A stretch of DNA of 64,000 nucleotides. It comes from Clostridiales bacterium. GTDB lineage: Bacteria > Bacillota > Clostridia > Christensenellales > Aristaeellaceae. The stretch spans positions 30,396-94,395 of the forward strand of contig JAIKWZ010000050.1 of NCBI GenBank assembly GCA_024684375.1, given 5' to 3'. Each line of letters opens with the position of its first letter. The stretch's first letter is position 1. Both the position numbers and the translations under genes were made by a program. The notes beneath the pieces are model-generated. The model was not told the DNA's origin. It made no database searches and was given only the letters and a program-made list of their open reading frames with translations. Below, piece by piece: positions 28,347-37,511 of the stretch.

Positions 28347-29108
28347 TTACAGCGGCATTTTCTCAAGCAGCGCGCGCAGGCTTTTGTCGGGATCCCTGAG
28401 CGGCAGGTACTCGAGCCCGACGTGACCGCCGTACCCCGCGTCTTTCAGCGCCCTGAGCACCACGGGATAATCCAGTTCGCTGTTTTCGTAGGGCTCGTGC
28501 CGGCCGGGGTTGCCCGCTATGTGGATGTGGGCTATACGGGATACGTTCTTCGTGAGGTTTTCGATGATATTGCCTTCCGTGATCTGCTGGTGGTACACGT
28601 CAAACAGCAGTTTCACATTGGGGCTGCCCACCTCGTCGACTATATCGAAGCCCTCGGAAGAACTGTACAGGTAGTAACCTTTATGGTCCACCAATGTGTT
28701 CAGCGGCTCGATCGCAAGTATGATGCCCGCGTTTTCCGCTACGGGCGCGGCTTTTCTGAGGCCTTCGACTACGGACTCGTGCTGCGCCTGCCGGGACACG
28801 CCGGGCTGCTCCGCTCCCACCTGGGAAATGAGCAGCGGGCATTCCAGGCGTTTGGCGGCCCTGACGGATTCTGTCAGCCCTTTAAGATACCTGTCCCTTT
28901 CGGACGGGTCGGTCAGGGAGGAAAAGCGGGTGCAGAACGCGGCGGTCTTAAGCCCCGTGCGCCGTCTTGCCTCGTCAAGTTTATCAAGGTCCTGATCCCA
29001 CCAGCTCCAGAACTCGAAGGCGTCAAAGCCCGCCGCCTTTACACGCGGCAGCGTCTCATGTACGGGAACGCCCGCGAACACGGCGCTCACGCAGACAGAA
29101 TACTTCAT
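28347..29108 (-). CDS. hydroxypyruvate-isomerase-like TIM-barrel (xylose isomerase-like) protein
   Basis: Start taken at MKYSVCVSAVF (GGAG RBS). AAGFDAFEFW, LAIEPLN and IAHIHIAGNPGRHEP. Confidence 0.75.
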   Translation of the reverse strand: MKYSVCVSAVFAGVPVHETLPRVKAAGFDAFEFWSWWDQDLDKLDEARRRTGLKTAAFCTRFSSLTDPSERDRYLKGLTESVRAAKRLECPLLISQVGAEQPGVSRQAQHESVVEGLRKAAPVAENAGIILAIEPLNTLVDHKGYYLYSSSEGFDIVDEVGSPNVKLLFDVYHQQITEGNIIENLTKNVSRIAHIHIAGNPGRHEPYENSELDYPVVLRALKDAGYGGHVGLEYLPLRDPDKSLRALLEKMPL

Positions 29109-29131
29109 TTTATGCTCCATGTCGGTTGTTC

Positions 29132-29788
29132 TCAGCCGTTTTTTGCCCAGCGTATCGCGTTTTTCACGAGCTTTTGGAAATTGGGGTTTTCCCATACCGC
29201 CAGCGTGTGGCCGGGGGTGAGCACCGCTACCCGCCCTTTGCCGAAACAGCGGGTGTAGCCGCTCACGGTCACCCCGCCGTGCTCCGATTCCGTCTTAAGG
29301 AAAGGCCGCGCGTCGGGCGCGGTGATGACGATCTGGTAATGCTCGTCCCGCTCGGAAAACGCTTCCACGCCCTTGGTTATCTCGTTTTCTTCCGTCACGC
29401 TTACCTGCGTCAGCTCACGGGGCGGATGGTTGGTGAAATAGCTGCCCACCACTTCGGTGTACGCGGGCACGGGAGCTCTGTCCCCGCCTATGGTCAGGCC
29501 GGAATGGATCACCACCAGCGCGCCGCCCTCCGCCACATAGTCGCGGAACTCCTCAGGCCCGAATTCGGTCACTCCCTGCTCGAACCAGGGGTGGGTGTTG
29601 GAGGCGTTGACCGCGTTGCCCGAGCAGTTTACGACCGCGTCGTAGCGGTTGACGAACTCAGGCGAAAGGATGTCCTTGCCGTCCCTTACCAGATCGAACT
29701 CAAGCTCTTCCTTATCCATAGAGGCGAGGCCGCGCTCTATCACTTCCGCGGGATGCCAGATATCGTCGAGTATCATCAAGACCTTCAC
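29132..29788 (-). CDS. ThuA domain-containing protein
   Basis: MKVLMILDD...HP start and C-terminal GKGRVAVLTPGH...NAIRWA typical of the ThuA-like (trehalose utilisation) fold. Confidence 0.7.
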   Translation of the reverse strand: MKVLMILDDIWHPAEVIERGLASMDKEELEFDLVRDGKDILSPEFVNRYDAVVNCSGNAVNASNTHPWFEQGVTEFGPEEFRDYVAEGGALVVIHSGLTIGGDRAPVPAYTEVVGSYFTNHPPRELTQVSVTEENEITKGVEAFSERDEHYQIVITAPDARPFLKTESEHGGVTVSGYTRCFGKGRVAVLTPGHTLAVWENPNFQKLVKNAIRWAKNG

Positions 29789-29898
29789 TGCGTGCGCCCT
29801 CCTTCTGAATATCGATATTCCGGAGCTAGTTTACATTATTTGCGGGGGTTTTTCAAGCGGTGGGCCGGGCAAAAAGTTTTTTAGGAGCGCGTTTATGC

Positions 29899-29927
29899 TT
29901 GACGTTTCATGTAAAAAAGGCTACAAT
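29899..29927 (+). promoter_or_regulatory. sigma-70-type promoter TTGACG-17 nt-TACAAT for the gcv operon
   Basis: TTGACG at 29899-29904 and TACAAT at 29922-29927 with a 17-nt spacer, directly upstream of the riboswitch. Confidence 0.6.
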
Positions 29928-29943
29928 CAATGTATCGGATGAA

Positions 29944-30090
29944 CGGACCGGGAGAGATCATTTAAGTATGAAGCCGAAGGGGATCAAACTCTCAGGCAAA
30001 AGAACCGGTTCGGGACGAACCTCTGGAAAGCGCAGCGCACCGAAGAAGCAATCCGCGCAGGCGGAGAATCTTTCAGGTCATCCAACAGGG
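29944..30090 (+). promoter_or_regulatory. tandem glycine riboswitch (two aptamers)
   Basis: Aptamer 1: ACCGGGAGAG...GCCGAAGGGG...CTCTCAGGCAAAAGAACCGGT. Aptamer 2: CTCTGGAAAG...GCACCGAAGAAGCAA...TCTTTCAGG...ACAGG. Both match the conserved glycine-riboswitch cores, upstream of gcvT as in Bacillus. Confidence 0.85.
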
Positions 30091-30127
30091 GCACAGGCAG
30101 GACAGTTCTGCCTGTGCCCCTGTTTTT
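30088..30127 (+). terminator. riboswitch expression-platform terminator
   Basis: GGGGCACAGGCAG-gacagtt-CTGCCTGTGCCCC followed by TGTTTTTG. The 5' arm overlaps the end of aptamer 2. Confidence 0.8.
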
Positions 30128-30146
30128 GCGGAAAGGATGGTATAGA

Positions 30147-31235
30147 ATGGAGCTTAAAACGCCTTTATATGACGTACACGTGGCCGAAGGCGGCCGGATC
30201 GTGCCCTTCGCGGGGTACCTGCTGCCTGTACAGTACGCTTCCGGCGTGGTCGCCGAGCACATGGCGGTGAGGACCAAAGCGGGGCTGTTCGACGTGTCCC
30301 ACATGGGCGAGATCACGTTCAGGGGCAAGACCGCGCTTGAAACGCTGAACCGCTTGCTCACCAACGATTTTACCGATATGAAGCCCGGGCGGGTGCGCTA
30401 CAGCGTGATGTGCAACGAAAAAGGCGGCTGCGTGGACGACGTGCTGGTTTACAAGTTCGCCGACGACGACTACCTCGTCGTGGTGAACGCGTCCAACCGG
30501 CACAAGGACTTCGCTCATATGGCCGCGCACACGCAGGAAGGCACCGAGATAGAAGACATTTCCGACAGCGTGGCCCAGCTGGCGCTGCAGGGGCCGGCGT
30601 CTCAGGAGATAATGAAACAGCTCCTGCCCGAAAACGCGCTGCCCAAAAGGTACTACACGGCAGTGAGGGATGTCATGCTCCGGGACATGGAGCTTATGAT
30701 CTCACGCACGGGCTACACGGGCGAGGACGGGTTCGAGATATACACTGCCCGCGAAAACGCCGTGAAGCTCTGGAAGCTTCTGCGCGAAGCGGGAGAGGGA
30801 TACGGGCTCATCCCCTGCGGGCTTGGAGCGCGGGACACGCTGCGCCTGGAAGCCGCCATGCCCCTGTACGGCCACGAAATGGACGAGGAGATAACGCCGC
30901 TTGAAGCGGGGCTGGGATTCGGCGTAAAGCTGTCCAAGCCGGGATTCATCGGAAAAGACGCGCTGCTCGCGAAAGGCGAGCCCAAACGTGTGCGCGTGGG
31001 GCTCAATGTGACCGGGCGCGGCATAGTGCGCGAGCATCAGGACGTGTACGTCGGCGATAAACTGATAGGTCATTCCACCTCAGGCACCCACTGCCCGTAC
31101 CTGGGCAGGCCTGTGGCCATGGCGCTGATCGACGCCGAATACGCGGCCGTAGGCACGGTCGTTGAGGCGGACGTGCGCGGCCGCAGGGTAGAGGCGCAGG
31201 TCACGCCGCTGCCTTTCTACACAAGGAAAAAATAA
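30147..31235 (+). CDS. gcvT: glycine cleavage system aminomethyltransferase (T protein)
   Basis: Start MELKTPLYDVH. FAGYLLPVQY, FDVSHMGE and SRTGYTGEDGFEI. Confidence 0.9.
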   Translation: MELKTPLYDVHVAEGGRIVPFAGYLLPVQYASGVVAEHMAVRTKAGLFDVSHMGEITFRGKTALETLNRLLTNDFTDMKPGRVRYSVMCNEKGGCVDDVLVYKFADDDYLVVVNASNRHKDFAHMAAHTQEGTEIEDISDSVAQLALQGPASQEIMKQLLPENALPKRYYTAVRDVMLRDMELMISRTGYTGEDGFEIYTARENAVKLWKLLREAGEGYGLIPCGLGARDTLRLEAAMPLYGHEMDEEITPLEAGLGFGVKLSKPGFIGKDALLAKGEPKRVRVGLNVTGRGIVREHQDVYVGDKLIGHSTSGTHCPYLGRPVAMALIDAEYAAVGTVVEADVRGRRVEAQVTPLPFYTRKK

Positions 31236-31253
31236 AACTGGGAGGATATCATC

Positions 31254-31637
31254 ATGGCAAACATTCCGTCCGAGCTGAAATATACCAAATCGCACGAGTG
31301 GCTCAAGCAGGAAGACGGCTTGAGCGTGATAGGCCTGACGCAGTTCGCGGTGGACGCGCTGGGGGACATCGTGTTCATCGGCCTGCCCGAGGAGGGTGAC
31401 AGCGTGACTGCCGGCGCTTCCTTCGCGGACGTCGAGTCCGTAAAGGCGGTGTCCGACGTGTTCAGCCCTGTCAGCGGCAGGGTAGCCGAGGTCAACCGCG
31501 AGCTGGGCGACAGTCCGGAAAAGCTTAACCAGGACCCCTACGGCGCGTGGCTGATAAAGGTGGAGGCCGAAGGCGGGGCGGAGGAACTGCTTGACGCCGC
31601 GGCGTACGAAGCTCTGTGCGCGCAGGAGGAAGCGTAA
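31254..31637 (+). CDS. gcvH: glycine cleavage system H protein
   Basis: YTKSHEWL and the lipoyl-lysine motif VESVKAVSDV. Confidence 0.9.
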   Translation: MANIPSELKYTKSHEWLKQEDGLSVIGLTQFAVDALGDIVFIGLPEEGDSVTAGASFADVESVKAVSDVFSPVSGRVAEVNRELGDSPEKLNQDPYGAWLIKVEAEGGAEELLDAAAYEALCAQEEA

Positions 31638-32956
31638 TGGGCTCCTATCTGCCTTCCACAGCCCAAGAACGCCGGGAAATGCTCGGGGAGCTCCGTCTTA
31701 GCAGTTTTGACGAGCTCTATAAGCACGTGCCTGAACAGGTCCGCCTGAAACACGGGCTTGACATACCCGAAGGCGTGAGCGAGATGGAGGCCGCCGCGAA
31801 GCTGAGCGCGCTGGCGGACAAAAACCGGCGTTACCGGGCGATCTTTCGGGGAGCGGGCGCTTATGACCACTACATACCGGCCATAGTCAAAAGCGTGACG
31901 GCCAAGGAAGAATTCCTGACTGCCTACACTCCCTACCAGGCGGAGATCAGCCAGGGCGTGCTGCAGTCCATATTCGAGTACCAGACCCAGATCTGCGAGC
32001 TCACGGGCATGGACGTGAGCAACGCCTCCGTGTACGACGGCGCGGTGGCGGCGGCGGAAGCGGTGTTCATGTGCCAGGAGCGCAAAAGGACGGGAGTGAT
32101 CGTCCCGGACACTGCCGACGCCCAGGTGATCCGGGTCATACAGACCTACTGCGGCAGCAGGAACGTGCCCGTGACAGTGCTCAGGACCAAAGGTCACGCC
32201 CTGGACGCGGACACGCTCAAAGAGGCGCTTAAGCAGGACACGGCGTGCGTGTATGTGCAAAGTCCCAACTTTTACGGCGTGATAGAGGATACCACGGCGC
32301 TGGCGCGCGCCGCGCACGAGGCCGGAGCCAAGTTCATAATGGGCGCGTACCCGATCTCGCTGGGTCTGCTCAAGTCCCCGGGCGAGTGCGGCGCCGACAT
32401 CGCGGTGGGAGAAGGCCAGTCCCTGGGCCTGCCCCTGAGCTTCGGAGGGCCGTATCTGGGCTATATGGCCTGCAGAAAGGAGCTTATGCGCCGCCTGCCC
32501 GGCAGGATAGTGGGGCAGACGAATGATTCCGAAGGCCGGCGCTGCTTCGTTTTGACCCTGCAGGCGCGGGAGCAGCACATCAGAAGGGAAAAGGCGACCT
32601 CCAACATCTGCTCCAACGAGGCGCTGTGCGCTATGACCGCATCGGTGTACCTGGCCGCCATGGGGCCTGAAGGGCTTAAGCGCGCCGCGGTGAATTCCGC
32701 CGCCCACGCCCACTATCTGGCTCAACGGCTCAGCGAGATCAAGGGTTTTGAGCCGGTGACGGACAAGCCGTTCTTCAACGAGTTCGTCGCGCGCTGCCCC
32801 GTGCCGCCGGCCGAATTGCAGGCGCGGCTTGACAAAGAAGGCATACTCGGCGGCCTGCCCGTGGAAGGCGGAGTGCTGTGGTGCTGTACGGAAAAGAACA
32901 CACGGGAGCAGATCGACCGTCTCGCGGAAATACTGGGGGAGGTGAGCGCAGAATGA
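31637..32956 (+). CDS. gcvPA: glycine dehydrogenase (aminomethyl-transferring) subunit 1
   Basis: TAATG overlap with gcv[29 protein letters not shown]. Confidence 0.9.
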   Translation: MGSYLPSTAQERREMLGELRLSSFDELYKHVPEQVRLKHGLDIPEGVSEMEAAAKLSALADKNRRYRAIFRGAGAYDHYIPAIVKSVTAKEEFLTAYTPYQAEISQGVLQSIFEYQTQICELTGMDVSNASVYDGAVAAAEAVFMCQERKRTGVIVPDTADAQVIRVIQTYCGSRNVPVTVLRTKGHALDADTLKEALKQDTACVYVQSPNFYGVIEDTTALARAAHEAGAKFIMGAYPISLGLLKSPGECGADIAVGEGQSLGLPLSFGGPYLGYMACRKELMRRLPGRIVGQTNDSEGRRCFVLTLQAREQHIRREKATSNICSNEALCAMTASVYLAAMGPEGLKRAAVNSAAHAHYLAQRLSEIKGFEPVTDKPFFNEFVARCPVPPAELQARLDKEGILGGLPVEGGVLWCCTEKNTREQIDRLAEILGEVSAE

Positions 32957-34389
32957 AGCTGCTGTTTGAATTGAGCCGACCGGGAAGGGGACAGGAGCTT
33001 TTGCCCGCCTGCGACGTGCCGGAATTCGCGTTTGACGCGGACCTGCTCCGGCAGACGCCGCCCCGGCTGCCCGAGATATCCGAGGTGGATCTGGAGCGCC
33101 ATTATACTCAGCTGGCAAAGCGGACCCACGGAGTGAACGACGGCTTTTACCCCCTGGGCTCCTGTACCATGAAGTACAATCCCCACATCGACGAGGAAAT
33201 GGCCGCGCTTGACGGCTTTACCCGCATCCATCCGCTGCAGGACGAGGCGAGCGTTCAGGGCTGCCTGGAAGTGATATACTGCACGGAACAGCTGCTAAAT
33301 GAGATCACCGGAATGGACGCGGTGAGCTTCCAGCCCGCGGCGGGCGCTCACGGGGAGTACACCGGGCTTATGCTCATAAGGGCGTACCACCAAAGCAGGA
33401 ACGATCTTAAGCGCTGCAAAATAATAGTGCCCGACTCCGCCCACGGCACCAATCCCGCTTCCGCAGCGATGGCGGGCTTCACCGTGGTATCGGTGCCCTC
33501 GAACGCGGAAGGCGGGGTAGATCTGGACGCGCTCAGAGCCGCGGTGGGGGAAGACACGGCGGGGCTCATGCTCACCAATCCAAACACGCTGGGACTGTTC
33601 GACCCCAACATACTCGAGATCACCCGCATAGTGCACGAAGCGGGCGGACTTAACTACTACGACGGCGCGAACCTGAACGCCGTGATGGGGCGCGCGCGCC
33701 CGGGCGACATGGGCTTCGACTGCGTGCATGTGAACTTGCACAAGACGTTCTCCACTCCCCACGGAGGCGGCGGGCCGGGCAGCGGGCCGGTGGGCTGCAA
33801 GGCGTTTCTGGAAAAGTTCCTGCCTGAGCCCCGGGTAAAGCGCGAAGAGGACGGCGCTTACCGCTTTTTCTCTCCCGAAAACAGCATCGGAAAGGTGCGT
33901 TCCTTCTACGGGAACTTCCTGGTGGTCGTGCGCGCGCTCACATACATCACGGTGCTTGGGAAAGAGGGCATACCCGAAGCTTCCGGGACAGCGGTGCTCA
34001 ACGCCAACTATTTGATGCATAAGCTCCAAGGACAGTATGACGTGGCCTACGACACCACTTGCATGCACGAGTTCGTGCTGACGCTGGAAAAGCTCAAACA
34101 GCAGACGGGGGTAAGCGCCCTGGACGTGGCCAAGCGACTGCTGGATTTCGGCATGCATCCGCCGACCATGTACTTCCCCCTTATAGTGCACGAAGCGCTT
34201 ATGCTGGAACCCACCGAGACCGAGAGCCGTGAAACGCTGGATTGGGCGGCACAGGTGTTCCTGGACGTGCTTGAGGAGGCGAAAACTCAGCCGGAGAAGC
34301 TGCACGGCGCTCCTCACGACTGCCCGATCTCACGTCCGGACGAGGTGGGCGCGGCGCGAAATCCCGTGCTCAGGTACGCTTTTGAGTAA
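32953..34389 (+). CDS. gcvPB: glycine dehydrogenase (aminomethyl-transferring) subunit 2
   Basis: ATGA overlap with gcvPA. CTMKYNP, and [17 protein letters not shown], which contains the PLP lysine. Confidence 0.9.
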   Translation: MKLLFELSRPGRGQELLPACDVPEFAFDADLLRQTPPRLPEISEVDLERHYTQLAKRTHGVNDGFYPLGSCTMKYNPHIDEEMAALDGFTRIHPLQDEASVQGCLEVIYCTEQLLNEITGMDAVSFQPAAGAHGEYTGLMLIRAYHQSRNDLKRCKIIVPDSAHGTNPASAAMAGFTVVSVPSNAEGGVDLDALRAAVGEDTAGLMLTNPNTLGLFDPNILEITRIVHEAGGLNYYDGANLNAVMGRARPGDMGFDCVHVNLHKTFSTPHGGGGPGSGPVGCKAFLEKFLPEPRVKREEDGAYRFFSPENSIGKVRSFYGNFLVVVRALTYITVLGKEGIPEASGTAVLNANYLMHKLQGQYDVAYDTTCMHEFVLTLEKLKQQTGVSALDVAKRLLDFGMHPPTMYFPLIVHEALMLEPTETESRETLDWAAQVFLDVLEEAKTQPEKLHGAPHDCPISRPDEVGAARNPVLRYAFE

Positions 34390-34442
34390 ACGAACCGGCG
34401 GTCTTCAGACCGTCGGGACATAAACCGCGTGTTTTCAGAGCC

Positions 34443-34473
34443 GGCGCGGGCAGGAAATGATCCTGCCCGCGCC
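34443..34473. terminator. GC-rich hairpin between convergent gcvPB and fucU
   Basis: GGCGCGGGCAGGA-aatga-TCCTGCCCGCGCC. The T-tract is weak (GCGCTTTCGG), so function is uncertain. Confidence 0.45.
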
Positions 34474-34500
34474 GCGCTTTCGGATGATGCAGCCCCGGGC

Positions 34501-34926
34501 TTACTTGACTACGCCTTTTTTGAGTATGATATTCGCGTACAGCGCGCCCTCGCCCGTGGCGACCACGGCATAGGCGTTTTTGGCTCTCTCGTAAAAATCG
34601 AAGCGCTCGATGTAGCCGAACTTCCTGCCGGGCTCGTATTTGTCCACCGTTTTGCGGTATTCGTCCCAGATAACGGGCACCACGTCGTCCCCGGGCATGA
34701 CCTGCATAAGGCCGACGGGCGCGTCCACGTAGGTGTCCAGAGGGAAGAGCTTAAGCACTGCGTCGAGTATCTCGTTCACGCCGTGGCCGTCCAGCCGTAC
34801 CAGGCGCTTGGCGATGGACGCGGCGGGGAAGTTGCCGTCGCCGATAACGATCTCGTCCCCGTGACCCATCTCCATCAGTATCTTCAGCAGTTCGGGACTG
34901 ATGATGGGGGAAATGCCTTTTAACAT
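34501..34926 (-). CDS. fucU: L-fucose mutarotase (RbsD/FucU family)
   Basis: MLKGISPIISPELLKILMEMGHGDEIVIGDGNFP ... YANIILKKGVV is nearly colinear with E. coli FucU as I remember it. Confidence 0.85.
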   Translation of the reverse strand: MLKGISPIISPELLKILMEMGHGDEIVIGDGNFPAASIAKRLVRLDGHGVNEILDAVLKLFPLDTYVDAPVGLMQVMPGDDVVPVIWDEYRKTVDKYEPGRKFGYIERFDFYERAKNAYAVVATGEGALYANIILKKGVVK

Positions 34927-34944
34927 CGTGTGCCTCCTTGTTTT

Positions 34945-36312
34945 TTATCTTGTCAGTGCCAGCCCCGCCGCGAACGCGGCCAGGGGGAAGATCCAAAATG
35001 GCAGCGTTACGCCAAGCAGCAGCCTGAGCGCGCCCGCCGCCAGCACCAGCGCCGCCGCCTCGAACGCCAGATACGCACAGGCGCGCCTTCTGAGCGACTT
35101 TCTGCGCCCAAAAGCGCTCTCCAGTTCCCGAAGGAAGCTCTCCGGATCGTCGCCCGTCCAGCCCGCGTCGGGCAGGAGGATCTCTGTTCCGGAAGAAATC
35201 AGCGCCACGCGCTTCTGAACGGAAGCGGTTTTAAGCCGGATCGTATGCTTCGTGGGGGTCAGTTTGCCGTCCTCGGCTTCCAGCCTTACCGCCTTTTTCT
35301 GCTTTCCGCCCCGGTAAGAATACAGGGGGATGAGCCGCGCGAGCCTGACCAGCGGCGAGACGGCATCAGCTTCGCTGACGGAAATGAGCTGACCCATATA
35401 TTTGCCGTTGAGGGCCACGTTAAGGCCCTCTCCCTCGCATTTTACGCCGTTCGCGGCCAGAAAGTCCGCGCTGCCCGCCAGCACCAGGCTTTCGCCCAGC
35501 AGCGCCCTTACGCCGTCATCACTTTCGTCACGCCGGCTCACCGGGTCAAGGGGCAGGTTTTTCTGCTTCGCCAGTTTTTCAAGCGCGGGCGGCATGCGTT
35601 CGAGCCCGCTGAGCGCGCCTGCCGCCAGCGAAACGAGCATGTCCTCGCTCACGTCCTGAGCGGGGATGATCTTTATGGCGCCGGGACCATTTTCCAGCCT
35701 TTCGTCTATCACCGCGGCGTTAATCCGGGCAAGCGCTTTGGCTGAGGACGAATCAGCACCTTTTTTTGCCAGGACGATGCCCGGAAGCGCGGGCATGGCC
35801 ACCGCCAGCATCGCAGACAGGCTGCCGAAGGCGGCGGAGGGCTCATTTTTTCCGAACAGCCAGAACGCGAACACGGCAAGCGCGGCCGGAAGCACGGCTG
35901 CGGACACGGCGCGTCCCAGCCGGGAGGGTCTCGCGTCGGGACACAGGCTCCTGCCTCCCGCCGCGGCCAGCGCGCTAAGGGCAGCGAAGGCGTACGCGTC
36001 AGTGTCAAGTGAGAAATCCTCCTGTCCCGCTTTGGCGGCCGCGCCGATCAGCCTGACCGCTCCAAATACCAAAAACACGTACCCCGCCAGCAGCAGGAAC
36101 AGCCCCGTCTCGGGAGACCCGTCTTTTACACGCAGTCGCGCCAGGGTCAGGGCGATAAAGCACAGGCACATAAGCGCCGTGCTGAGGGGCAGCGGGGTCT
36201 TGAGCGCGTCCGGAAGCAGCCAGCCGGAGTATCCCGCCAGGCACAGGTACAGCGCGAACAGCGCGGTAAGCGCGCAGAGTATGAATCTGATCAGCCTGAA
36301 GCCGCGCTTCAT
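34945..36312 (-). CDS. membrane protein resembling a catalytically degenerate P1B-type ATPase core
   Basis: N-terminal TM segments. AMPALPG sits where CPC would be, VIDERLENGPG where DKTGT would be, LVLAGSADFLAANGV resembles the N-domain, and RVALISSGTE sits where GDGIND would be. Two C-terminal TM segments. By-eye alignment only. Confidence 0.5.
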   Translation of the reverse strand: MKRGFRLIRFILCALTALFALYLCLAGYSGWLLPDALKTPLPLSTALMCLCFIALTLARLRVKDGSPETGLFLLLAGYVFLVFGAVRLIGAAAKAGQEDFSLDTDAYAFAALSALAAAGGRSLCPDARPSRLGRAVSAAVLPAALAVFAFWLFGKNEPSAAFGSLSAMLAVAMPALPGIVLAKKGADSSSAKALARINAAVIDERLENGPGAIKIIPAQDVSEDMLVSLAAGALSGLERMPPALEKLAKQKNLPLDPVSRRDESDDGVRALLGESLVLAGSADFLAANGVKCEGEGLNVALNGKYMGQLISVSEADAVSPLVRLARLIPLYSYRGGKQKKAVRLEAEDGKLTPTKHTIRLKTASVQKRVALISSGTEILLPDAGWTGDDPESFLRELESAFGRRKSLRRRACAYLAFEAAALVLAAGALRLLLGVTLPFWIFPLAAFAAGLALTR

Positions 36313-37463
36313 GCCCTGCTCCCCCGCGCCAGTATCACGGGAACGGTCATTTCTTCTTTAGTCAGCCCCGCGTGCATGCCTATCATCTCAGGTATCCTGC
36401 AGTTAATGGTGTCGTACCTGATATATGCCGGGCCCGCGGCGCAGATCAGGTAGTCGCCCATGAAGTCCTCGCTTTTGGGATGCGGCGCTCCCTTGCCCAT
36501 AAGGCCGACGCTCAGCGCCTCCTCCCGGGTGAACAGCACGAAGTCATCCGCCAGGTATTTCTTGAACGCGGACTCGAACTGTTCCCGCTTCCAGGGCTTC
36601 ACGAAGCAGGCGGCGCAGCGCGCCTCGATGGAGGGAGGCATCCACAGGCAGTCGTTTATCTCCGGGATCGCGTTGAGCATCACCGGCTTTGTCCCGTCCA
36701 CAAGTCCGTGGTCGGCGGTGACGATCATGAGCGTATCGGAAGGCAGGTCTGAGGCCGCCTGCTCAAGCAGCCGGTCAACCTTCCGGAACTGTTCCACAGT
36801 TTCGGGGGCGTTCACGCCTGCCTGGTGCATGGTGTGGTCGGGCTGGCCGTTGTAAATGCCTATGATCTTGTTGCCGGGGCGGCCGCAGTCCTGCACAGCC
36901 AGGCGCAGCTGGTCCTCAAAGTCGTTTATAACGTGGCTCTTGTCCGCGCCATGGGTGGAATAGCTGGGGAAGGGGAAGTACATTATCACTTCCGCATCCG
37001 CCTCTCCCGTCCGGAAGGGCGCGGGCAGGGGCATGAGCGCGGGGGCGGGAGAGCCGCCCGGATACCTGTCCCCGCGCTTGCTCTCGGTGCCTATGAAAGT
37101 GTCTATCTGCGCGGCGCACTCCTTGAAATACAGGCTCCAGCCCAGCCAGCCGTGCTGTATCGGGCTGAGCCCCGTCCAGATGGACGTGGTGGCGGCGGTA
37201 GTGGTGGAGGGGAACACGGCGGAAACGCTGCACACGTCCCGTTTTACCAGAAAATTGTCCGCGCCCAGGTGCCTTTTGAGCAGATATTCGCCCATGCCGT
37301 CGCACAACACGAGCAGGAGCTTGCTGATGCCGCCTTTAGCGAGCTCCCTGTCTATCTCGGGCAGTGAGGGATACTCGCCTTTGGCTCCAAAGTACCCCGT
37401 TATGGAGGAGTTTATGGACAGGGAAGAACGGGAATAATCGGGAAGCTGGATGTTCATAGGCAT
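36309..37463 (-). CDS. alkaline phosphatase superfamily protein (nucleotide pyrophosphatase/phosphodiesterase-like)
   Basis: LLLVLCDGMG metal-binding Asp, FPSTTTAATTS nucleophile region and IVTADHG. Confidence 0.7.
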   Translation of the reverse strand: MPMNIQLPDYSRSSLSINSSITGYFGAKGEYPSLPEIDRELAKGGISKLLLVLCDGMGEYLLKRHLGADNFLVKRDVCSVSAVFPSTTTAATTSIWTGLSPIQHGWLGWSLYFKECAAQIDTFIGTESKRGDRYPGGSPAPALMPLPAPFRTGEADAEVIMYFPFPSYSTHGADKSHVINDFEDQLRLAVQDCGRPGNKIIGIYNGQPDHTMHQAGVNAPETVEQFRKVDRLLEQAASDLPSDTLMIVTADHGLVDGTKPVMLNAIPEINDCLWMPPSIEARCAACFVKPWKREQFESAFKKYLADDFVLFTREEALSVGLMGKGAPHPKSEDFMGDYLICAAGPAYIRYDTINCRIPEMIGMHAGLTKEEMTVPVILARGSRA

Positions 37464-37511
37464 TTCCTCATGGAAAGTCGATCAGCGGTCAGTGGCAGGG
37501 AGCAGGCTTCT

